Origin: Basidiobolus meristosporus CBS 931.73
Taxonomy: Eukaryota > Fungi > Basidiobolomycota
DNA length: 36,820 bases
Reading direction: 5' to 3'
Assembly (NCBI GenBank): GCA_002104905.1
Contig: MCFE01000778.1
Span: 1 to 36,820 of the forward strand
In this document: piece after piece, positions 24,301 through 33,826 of the stretch
Numbering within the stretch: position 1 is the stretch's first letter
How the letters are laid out: the number at the start of each line of letters is the position of its first letter
Program-made: the position numbers and the translations under genes
Notes under the pieces: model-generated
Told to the model about the DNA's origin: nothing
The model's database searches: none
The model's input: the letters and a program-made list of their open reading frames with translations, nothing else

Positions 24301-24491
24301 CCTTCAAGCGTACACATGAGCTAACAGACAAGTGCTGGTGAAAATAGAGAGATGAAACTACCGTCCAATTGGCCGTTTTGCGGATTGCAATTGTTGAAAA
24401 TTCTCGCAAACTTCACGCGATCCTCTGCAGTAAACGGAGCAAGCGGAGGGTTGGAGAGCCCACGTACACCAGGGGAATTGGGGAGACTCAT
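21367..24491 (-). CDS. EDE1: Ede1/Eps15-like endocytic scaffold: two EH domains, coiled-coil, Phe/Asp-rich low-complexity region, C-terminal UBA; 6 coding exons
   Basis: EH motifs FTAEDRVKFARIF..LPIDVLGQIWNLADTQNRGRLDQAEFSVAMY and KPEEKAKYDRLF..LAQIWDLADISQNGQLNREEFAVSLHLI. The 633-codon last exon holds the coiled-coil and the UBA LTGMGFTQEQAQMALERYDYDLNKATNFLL. Five coding introns plus a probable 5'UTR intron (~24502-24560). Confidence 0.93.
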
Positions 24492-27400
24492 CTTGCCAGT
24501 AGCTTAAAATGAAGTGGTTACGAAACACTCGAACTAGGCTAGAGAGACAAAGAAGGCTTACTGATTCAGGAGTAGATATTTATTTGAAGAGGCCTTCTTC
24601 GCAAGTAAAGATCTAGCAATAGTGTATACAAAAGGTGGACTAAGTTTGGCTAGCCTAGACTAAAGGACTTTTTCGAATGAACTCAGAGCGGAGTGACTTG
24701 ATGACCATGTGGTTTGGTCATCGTAACTAAATATATCTTTCTTACGGCCGAATTTATCCCGGTCCCATCACATTCACCTAAGATCAACTCTACGTCAATC
24801 CAACCGAATTGATCAGCATCGAAACCAACGGAATGTTGGTAATTTTCTGACATGAGGTCTGTAACATATCAGTTTGATTTGTGCAGATATCAAATCTGTG
24901 GGGAGTCGGGATGTTGAAATGTTCAGAGCTGAAAGATTCACTATTCTCCAACACCACGTGAAATGTGCATACGCCTAGTGAGCCAGCGAGCGACGGATCT
25001 AGCGTTGTGCACCCTTCATTCGTCCATATTGCAAGACTGTAGCAATACGTCTACTTTGTCGCTATCAACATACAGAACAGAGAGCGTGTCTGAGATTCTA
25101 TTGGCCAGGAAAGGATGCTTCTACCTTGCAGTATTCGATATGCTTCTAGCATTTGCCAAGAGTTGTCAATGGCTAGAGCCCTCTTGCCAAGTAACGTGTG
25201 CATTTGAAAGTATGGCAGGTATACGGAAGAGTGCAGTCTACCGGAAAGTATATGCCATTGAAGTTGGGGTCGGCTACGCTCTTCACTAAAAGATTCGAAT
25301 GTACAATCCCATCACCAGGATAAGCGATTTCCCACGAGCTTTACTACGTAATGTTGCTAACCTCTCGCTACTGCAACGAAGATAGCAACGGGCTGTGGTA
25401 ATGTTGCTTTGGATAGTTGCAAGTGATCCCGTTGTGGTTACTTTTCGAAGAGAATCAACCCAAACCCGCGCTCAATTATTCCATACCTCACCTCCAACAC
25501 TTAGTTGGCTGATGCTCACAAGGGTAGATTGTACATCGCATCCATCGATCTTTAACCGTTTCGTGCAACTTGTCTACATGAAATCTCGGAATAGTAATCA
25601 TTCCTAGAATAGGAAAAAGTTGGAGGCCATACTGATGATTAGTGCTCTGCTATCCACTATGACTTGGCAAGAGAGCTCGCTGCCATTAAATATGACTCCC
25701 AAGCAAAGGATGCCCCATACATGCTCTTTGATACAAGGGTGGCTTCAAACCCTCCTTAGCGTTAAAAAGCACTCAACCTTTTGAAATAAACAATCACATC
25801 CAAGACCACCTCACAGTCTACTGCTCGTACAGATGTATCAGCCTGGGCAAAGGCATACTGAGGCATTGGAGTATGGATTGAGCACCATGATGATCAACCC
25901 AGTACATCACGGGAATCGATGAAACAATAAATCTTCAGCCACTCCAGCATCAAAGATGGCCTGATAAGACTGCTTGCTCTTGTATGGTCAGGATACTCCG
26001 TTTGCCGTGAATATACCAGAATCTCCCATAATTTGGAACTCCAACTTTGTCATACGATAGAAGTTCCTGGCCAATGTTACCCAAATACTTGATATTACAC
26101 AAATAGCTAGCACTACCATTCATCGCATGATTGGAAATGGCATCGCTGGTCCATCAAGTATTGTCGATGGCTCAAATATCCACAGCTTGTCGTAATGTCA
26201 ATTAAAGCCTGCTACTATATCCGCTTTTCTTCTTGGCTACCTTTGTCATAGCGATTCTTTTCCGCACGGCAGCTGTGAGGTAGCCGTAAAGCGAGCCCAT
26301 CGGCCCAGGAAAATCAGAAGGGAATAGGTTCAGCGATAGCAACGTTTGAATGGCTTTTCGATCTGGGATGACATGTGGCCCAATACACAGCAAATGATGG
26401 AACTTGGTCATCGATAGAAACCAGCAGATTTAGTAAAGCTATACTCTTTGCGAAAGAATGAACAGGAGTTCCTCAAGCATGGGTTCTTTTTGGCAATTCG
26501 GAGGCTGCAGGGCCGTACCGTGGAGCAGATTGATCCGAGCCAACAATGGGCCATGTGCTGTGTGGGATTAGCTGAGTGTGTTATTTGACTGTTCATCATC
26601 CGGCTGGATCCTATTCCCAGTGGCAGAGGGGGGCCGAAAACCCATTACGTACTCGGAGGTTAATCTGGCCTCCAAAATAATGCGTTTGCACTGCTCCACA
26701 TGCACCATACTATGGAAGGTAGGCGCAGCCCACCAACACTAACAACTATACATACATGTACGTATAGAATATATTGATGATATTCTGCTCTTTGAAAGGA
26801 CGCTTGATGCACGTTGAAGATCCGATACTCTAGACAGTCACCAATTTCGCTATCTTCTTAATCGTTTAGCCGGAATATTTGATGCCCTGTTGATACAAAA
26901 GAATTTCGGTGAAAAATCGATGAAGTTTTACTGGGGCGCCTGTGTACAGTGCATCGAACAATTCCTATCCTATCTTGCGTAGCAGCTGGATAGCTTGCCT
27001 TTCCTGGAATGATCGACATGTTCGCTTTGAAAATAGCATTCTATCATATGGACAGGGTTCAAACCAGTGCTGTTTATACTACTGTGCAGGCCTCAAATCC
27101 ATACATGCTTGATGCTGGAAGTGCAGTCCTTGAAGTGGAAAATTCCGCGGCAACTTTATGATGCTAGTGTAAACACATAAACACATATACCACCAATATA
27201 TACATCATTCTCATGGAAGCTATGTAGTTCACGCATATTTCCTGATTCCCGACATTGTACTCTCCACCAGTAGCTACCAATTGATTAGTTATCTGATTCT
27301 TGCATTGATATGGGTGATTTTTATTAATCCTTTGGTGGTCAGTGGAGTTCAATTCGCAAGGTGTTAAAATGGAAACTGAGGCCAAAAAAGTCACTGGATC

Positions 27401-28431
27401 CTAAGCACAAGCAGCTAGAAGACTGCACCCCATGCCGTGCATCCACCGGTGAGAAGTGACTTTGCATTCCTCTACCTTGTCTGATTTGCATGGGTGCAAG
27501 TAGATACACTGCTAACAGGAATTTCACAGGGATCTGCCTTACTAAGTAAAGAGGGGCTTGCCGTATGACCAGCCTGTGTGACAACCTTGGATTTGAGCTC
27601 GTGCAAGCTTTGGTGGGTTCAAGAGAAGAGACTTGAGGATACTCCGCCTGTTCTAATCTGATGAGACAGCATCAGAGTCGATTCTATGCGCCCCTGGTTG
27701 GGTTGAGAACGATGTTGCACACTGTGTAAAAGGCAGCTATGACTCTGGTATATGGAAATCATCTGAGCATGACTAGTATGCAGTGACAGGCAGGTAGGGA
27801 GTCCGTGGGTGTGCGTCATTGATCCGTAGTGTTCCCCAAATCAAGACCGGAACATTGAGACAATGTCGCACTTCTCTGCATCGGGCGGCTGATTGGGTGG
27901 GACGAGCCTCAACAGTAGATGACGTACAGTCCCATTATCAAATCAGAGTAACTGCGGCCAAGGCTGAGAAAGCACAGAATATTGATTGGATAATCCTTTT
28001 ATATAGGTGCTCACTGTATTATTGGTGATCCTAGTGCTTCGTTGACAATGACATGATCGTTTGCCACTAACAGTAGAGTGTACTGCCGTATTAAGTAGCC
28101 CCTAGTCTCTGCTAGGGAGTTATTCCGCAGTTGTTGCCACGGTTGGCGACCAATGCTACTAATTGTTACTGGCGAAGAACGGTACTGCCTTTGAAATGAG
28201 GCTGGCAAAGATTACAACGCTAAGTAGTGATCCCAAGAATTTCTGCTTCACTTTTGATTGTTGGTTTATTTGCGCGCTTGCTTTGACATATCTTTTCCAC
28301 CAAAAACAAACCTCTCTTGGTTGTTACCGACGCTTCAAATACTAAACTTTTATTTCACGTTTTTAATGCGCAAGCGACGTGCGTAATGGTTAGAGCCTCG
28401 GGCGTAGCCGCTACCAAGGCAAAATGGCCTC

Positions 28432-28683
28432 CTAGCCAACTCTGGAAACAACGATAACTCTTCCGGCAATGATTACCTCGCGCGAGTCCCCAACGGGCAT
28501 GTTCCATATTTCAGCTTCGCTGCTGTATGGACCATTTGGACCGTAAAGGGTCAAGGCAGGATCTTCTTCGCTGTATTCTTCTTCATCGTCAGAAGTATCA
28601 ACTGGTTCACTGGGCCTTTGGGGGATGGTCATGGTAAGGCGACGTTTGGTTTTCTTTCCGATCAGATGCGTTCAATTGGACAT
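28432..28683 (-). pseudogene. Short orphan ORF or pseudogene with a basic then an acidic tract
   Basis: ATG at 28683 in AAAATG context and an in-frame TGA at codon 4, then THLIGKKTKRRLTMTIPQRPSEPVDTSDDEEEYSEEDPALTLYG... to TAG at 28432. Locally CpG-rich. No family recognised. Confidence 0.3.
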
Positions 28684-29017
28684 TTTATACTTGAGAACAA
28701 TGGGTATTTGATCTGCTGGATCCAAACAGATACCTGATATCCTGCTTTTACAAGACATCTGCCGAATGGTATCTTGACCTAGAGTGTAGCATTTGTTTGG
28801 GATTAAGATATTTTTTGCCACTACACTATTAAAAAGTGCTTCCTTGATTCTGTTAGATCTGAATTTCTTATGATTTAGTTAGAACCTAAAGCCGCTGCTG
28901 TAGTTGGTCATATACTATAGTTATGTCTTGGCCCTGTCATAGAAATCATGTGAACTAAGCAAGTACTCTACTTCCTCACTCTTTTGTGGATTCTAAATAA
29001 TTAATCAGGTATTGTAT

Positions 29018-29222
29018 TTAGGGGAGGGAAAGTCTCCAGTTAGGCAAAATCTTTGTTTACTAAATAGTTACAAAAGCATCAAAGCTGAAATAAAGAAGCC
29101 AACTAAGTGTTGTTAGGATTAGGGGAAGTGAGGGAAAGTGGCCAGTATGGTGAAATCTGTATTTTGCCAAGTAGGCACAAAATCACTAAAGGTCAAAATA
29201 AAGAAGCCAGCAAAGAGTTTTG
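29018..29222 (-). repeat. Two tandem ~100-bp remnants related to the LINE 3' end
   Basis: Units 29018-29118 and 29119-~29222 each start (plus strand) TTAGGGGA..GGGAAAGT..CCAG..GG..AAATC and contain AAATAAAGAAGCCA(A/G)C. Both blocks match the LINE 3' UTR at 33824-33890 (TTAGGGGGGGAGACAGTAACCAACAGGTAAAATCTTT...GAAACAAAGAAGCCAGC). Confidence 0.7.
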
Positions 29223-29260
29223 AATCTCCAAAGTAAATGATCTAACTTAAACTTTGTTTT

Positions 29261-29770
29261 TGTTGTAAATTTTGTACTTGCAGCTAAATAATCATCCTAC
29301 ATATTCACTTATGCAGAATTCTTGAAGATTTTTAGACTATGCTCTAAGCTCCTTGTAGGGAATTACTTCAAGTATCTCACCAAACACCAGGTACCCAGTG
29401 CCAGAGTTTTAGAGATATTTGAAGGGACTGAGTTAACAAGTAGGTAATGTGCTTTTCTCTCAATGATTTGCTGAATGTAAAAGTGGTATTAATTCATTTA
29501 CATGGTCTTGGCAAGGCAAACATATAGAGTATGCTCAGGAAGGCCCTGAGAGCATGTGTACAGAGTGAGGGGCTGTTTGGGTAACTTTGAGATTTTTCAT
29601 GTTCTGGGTCCCAATGTTTAGGTGAAAATACTCCAAGTAACTCCCTACAAGGAACTTGTACAGAATCCTTTAAGATTTTTAGACTATGATCTAAATGATT
29701 ATGTTAGGTGATTAGTTGGCTGCAACTACAAAACCTGCAACACCAAGGACATGAATATCAATACATTGGC
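29261..29770 (+). mobile_element. Old copia-family LTR fragment interrupted by a second LTR
   Basis: Starts TGTTGTAAATTTTGTA at 29261 and runs to GGTACCCAG (29398). It resumes after the nested LTR as CCAAGGACATGAAT, versus family CCCAGAACATGAAA. Another LTR-start-like fragment lies near 29777. Confidence 0.7.
29399..29742 (-). mobile_element. Solo LTR in inverted orientation, nested in another LTR
   Basis: The reverse complement aligns to the 4059-4406 family (TGTTGCAGG...CTCTGGCA). Near-TSD CCCAG/CCAAG. Confidence 0.85.
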
Positions 29771-30356
29771 CACACTGTTAAAAATCTTGTAATTTCATGT
29801 AAGTATTCATCTAGCATGGCCACTTGCACTGTTACCTACATATCTAGGGTTAGGCTTTTAGGTACTTTATTGTGAATTTCATATAGTGCTTACAAATACA
29901 AAGAGAAAAGTACATTAAGTAGTTGTACATGAACTTCTGAGAGAATAAGCATTGCTGGTTTTATAATGCCTCACTAATACTCTTAGGACACTTTTGCCAT
30001 TCAATATTTGTTGCATGCAGTAACTTTGGCCTAATTACTGAGATTATAGCTGACAGCCTCATGACAAGTGCTTTTTGAAAGTGAAACTGAAACAGTGCAT
30101 CAGTATTTTTAAAACCAAAGCACTTCTCAGCATGTAAATAGGGAACTTTATACCACCCCATGAGATATTCCACAAAGGATCTGCCCAACAAATTCAGATT
30201 GGGAAATATTAACTTCCATTAGATTCTTTGAGCTCCATAGACTTAGGCAATAAATCATCAGGTTAGCTTGTTGGATATTTTTTGGTATAAGGATAATAAC
30301 ATCAGCAAACCACAATACTGAAGGAATCATTGTTGTATTTGAAAATGAAGCTAAGT

Positions 30357-31908
30357 CAGGTGTGGTGTGGTGTGTTCTCTTCCAGGTCTTGATCAGTGGG
30401 TTGTTGCAGTAGTGAAGTCTGAGATATAATCTGGTTCTAAGGTAGAGTAGTCTGATCTTGTAGGGCATAAACCCAAAAGCACCAAGAATAGCATGTCTGT
30501 AGGGGCATTCAGGCAAATGAGGCACCAAGGAGGTAATGCACCATACTGCAAACTTGTCAAGCTTAGTGCAGTCTCTGGAAGTAAGAGAGAGAAGTGGTAA
30601 GCCAAATTCCAGGACAGGGAAGACAAACTATTTGAGTAGAAGGAGGCAGCTGGGAGCTGAAGTTGTAGGTGGAGTAACAGCCAGTAGCTTGTGGAGTGCT
30701 TGTCTTGCCAGGATAATTCTCTTCTTCAGGTGTGCTCCATAGTCTAGTCCAGTAGGAAGGAAAGGAAAGCCAAGATATGTAGCAGAAACCTGAGCAGGTA
30801 GAGTGGAGTTCTCCAAGTTGATGGGAGAGCCCAAAGGTACTGTCTTTGCAATGGAAAGCTGGAGATTATTCTTCTGCAGATCCTGGTGGATGGTCTGGGA
30901 GTCTTGTTGCACATTGGAGGAGGATATTCTGATGTCATCAGCAAAGAGAGTAAACAGGCAGTCAGCTGAGAGTCTTGGGAAATCATTCAGGAAGATGACA
31001 AACAGTATAGGACCAAGCACAGAGCCTTGAACTACTCTATTAGGAACTGAGAATACAGCTGATTGCTCACTTGGGTGCAGAATTCTTCCTTGTGGATCCA
31101 GAAGCAGTGACCTGACAAGGAGGGTGAGAGAAGCACTGGAGAAGCATTGCAACTTGGACCAAAGCAGATTTTTGTCAACTTAATCAAAGGCCTTATTAAT
31201 GTCAAACAGAACAGCGGGATACTTGCACTGAAGACAGTGATCTTGGCTGTGTATGACTGCATATTCCAAGGAGAGGCCAGAAACAAAGCCAAATTGTGCA
31301 GGGTGAAACTTAAGGGCGTCAGAGTAGAGTTCCTGAGCAAGCAGAAGCTCAAACACCTTTCTGCAGGTGGGCAGCAGAGATATTGGCCTGTAGGAGCTAG
31401 GATCCAGGTGCTTTCCTTTACCCTTGTACAGTGGCAGAACATTTGCAAAGGACCATTCCTCAGGAGTAGAAAGCTGGGCTGAGCATTGCTGAAACAGTGG
31501 AAGCACAAGTGCAGACATGGCCTTGGTACTAGTCTTGAGAAGCTCATAGGAGATTGTGTCCACACCTGGAGCAGTAGAGTTGGGAAGCCTCTTGAGCACA
31601 TTATGGATTCTCCCTTGATCAAGTGCAAGTGGGATGGGCAGAGTCTTGAATTCAGGATGAAAGCCAGGAGTTTAGTACTGCTTTGTAGAGAAGAAGATGT
31701 AAGCCAGCTGTTCTGTTGAAGGTAACTTCCTGGAAGAGGGCCTCATTGCCCTGTAGAGTCTTGATACTGTTCTTGTTATACAGTTGGAAGATTGCAGAGG
31801 CAAAGAACTCATAAAATGGTCCCAGAGCTGAGTATGCAAAGTGCGGTGAATTGCCTTGGAGTGGTGTATGGCTGTCAGGAGGAGCTGCTCTTTTTTTTGG
31901 GTTAAGGA
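30357..31908 (-). mobile_element. LINE copy 1: RT-region fragment, truncated at both ends
   Basis: Highly similar by eye to ~34218-35765. Motifs APGVDTISYELLK, YRPISLLPTCRKVFE, QGSVLGPILF, FADDIRIS. In-frame stops at 31180 and 30628. Confidence 0.93.
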
Positions 31909-32257
31909 TGTTGTAAAAATTTGTATTTCCACCTAAATATTCACCTAACTTAGTCACTTAGATCATTACCTTCATATCCTAGAGAATACTGACCAAATTT
32001 CTTGTTGGGATTTACTTAGAATATTTTCACCAAAATACCAGGTACCCAGAACATGAAAATTTTCAAAGTTGTCCAAACAGCCCCTAACTTTGCACACATG
32101 TTCTTGGGACCTTTCTTAGCCTATTCTACATGTTTGTTATGCCAAGACCATGTAAAAGTATAAATACTACTATTACACTCAATAAATCATCAAGTGAAAA
32201 CCACATAATCTACTTGTCCTCCCAATCACTCCCAATATCTCCAAAACTCTTACAACA
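31909..32257 (+). mobile_element. Solo copia-family LTR
   Basis: TGTTGTAA...TTACAACA termini. TSD AAGGA/AGGGA; the uninterrupted LINE copy has AGGGA at the homologous site. Confidence 0.93.
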
Positions 32258-32267
32258 AGGGAAAGGG

Positions 32268-32310
32268 TTAGGGGAGGGAAAGTGACCAAGGTAGGTGAAA
32301 TCATTATTTG
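32268..32310 (-). repeat. Third LINE 3'-tail remnant
   Basis: TTAGGGGAGGGAAAGTGACCAAGGTAGGTGAAATCATTATTT. The first 16 nt are identical to 29018 and it is similar to 33824-33864. Confidence 0.65.
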
Positions 32311-32422
32311 ATTTCAGACAAGTCTAACTGTTGTGCATCAACATTTAAACTTGGCCAATTTCACTCCGTTAGAAAATCTAGTACCCTAACTGATTTTCCC
32401 TAACCCAAACATAACTAATCCC

Positions 32423-32737
32423 TGTTATGATCCATTTTATCACTTCTCAGAATCTATTTTTAGCTGTCACACCTGATTAATTTTCATGTGGTCATTACGT
32501 ACTCAACTGATCTGCTAAGCCTTTCCAAGCAATTAGTCATCTGAGATTTATCCAACCACTTAGCAGTTGCAAAGACATCAGCTGATTAATGATGCAGTTT
32601 TTCATTTATCTTATGCAACTATCAACACCACAACAGGTTTCAATTAGTCCAGTCTCTTGGCACTTACTAATGCAACTCAATCAGAACAAGTACAAATAAA
32701 GCTTACTGAACCTTTTGGTTTAGTGTGTGTCTCAACA
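32423..32737 (+). repeat. Possible 5' LTR of the Ty3/gypsy element
   Basis: TGTTATGA...TCTCAACA imperfect termini, AATAAA ~40 nt before the end, lying upstream of the gag ORF. No second copy in the window to confirm it. Confidence 0.35.
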
Positions 32738-33066
32738 AAATTAAGATTCTGTCTCAGCAAAAATAAGAATCCAACAATTCAGTTCTAGTTTCTATCCAAG
32801 CCTAGTATATCTAGCACTCCAAAGAACACCAAGCCTAGCCTGCCTAGCAAAGAAATATCATTGTCTTTATAGCCAACCCAGCTATATCCAAGACCAATAT
32901 TAGATCAGAATCTTTCTGCTAATATTTCCGCCACTCTCTGACAACTCTAAGATTCTGCACTTAATTGTCCCTTTGGTTCAGTTAAACCATTCAAGAGTTT
33001 TATTACACTTTCACTTGGATACAACATTTTTTTTGTTGAATTCCATTACATTCAGCCAATTAGAAG

Positions 33067-33826
33067 ATGTCCTCAGCAGCAAGCAATCCAAACCTTTCCA
33101 TGTTGGAAGAAGCCAGAAGAAATCAGGAAGAACTTACTGAACAGCTTGAAAACATCATGCTTGAAAGAAATACAATGATGCTTGAGCACTCAAAGCTTGC
33201 CAAAACAAGATCTGATAATCACCGTAGAGATGAACTCCTTGAAGTTATATCCGGTTACCAAGATGAAATTGGAATAATTAAGGAAGCACTGGAGAATATT
33301 GCCATAGTAATTGACAGCATTGAAAATCCGCCCAGCCTTGCTCTGCATCAGCCACCAAGAAGTCATGCCTTTGAATCCTCCAGATCTACATCTCCTTATA
33401 GACCTGCCCTGGTGGTTGTTCCAAGATCCTTGCCTGTTTATGCTGAAGGCACCAATGCCACCAAGAATCCAACTGAGTTTCTTTACAAGTTTAGTCACAT
33501 CTTAGCTGCACACCAGCTAGACCCTGACACCAACTGGGCTAGACTTCTGCCCCACTGTCTCACAATGCAAGATGCTGACTGGGTTGAAGTGAACATTCCT
33601 TCCAATAGTACGTGGAAGATTGCCCAACACCTCTTTTGCAGCCATTTTGAAGATCCTCTCAAGAAAGCACATCTGAACTGCAACTTATGGAAAACTAAAA
33701 TGCAAAAAGGTCAATCTGTGCAGCACTTCTGTGATAGATTCCAAAGACAAATGAGATTAGCTGGAGTTAGTGATGATAATCAATCGCTTACTGCTCATTT
33801 TCTTTCAAACTTTTCACACCAGCTTA
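33067..33826 (+). mobile_element. Ty3/gypsy-type retrotransposon gag (coiled-coil plus capsid), cut off by the LINE insertion
   Basis: PTEFLYKFSHIL..DTNWARLLPHCL..TWKIAQHLFCSHF..MQKGQSVQHFCDRF..HFLSNFSHQLR is a retrotransposon-gag pattern. After QLR the frame runs into antisense LINE 3' UTR. Confidence 0.78.

Noticed and set aside
9708-24491. Functional gene cluster (membrane traffic, autophagy, ubiquitin)
   Set aside because: All five are ordinary conserved housekeeping genes. Nothing in the sequence shows co-regulation, and adjacency is expected in a gene island.
25080-25200. Possible integrase zinc-binding motif (LARKGCFY...FAKSCQ)
   Set aside because: Lacks the WP and second Cys, and no integrase core follows.
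30100-30191. Possible chromodomain (VEYLMGWYKVPY)
   Set aside because: Only an EYLxxW resemblance; the downstream aromatic cage residues are not evident.
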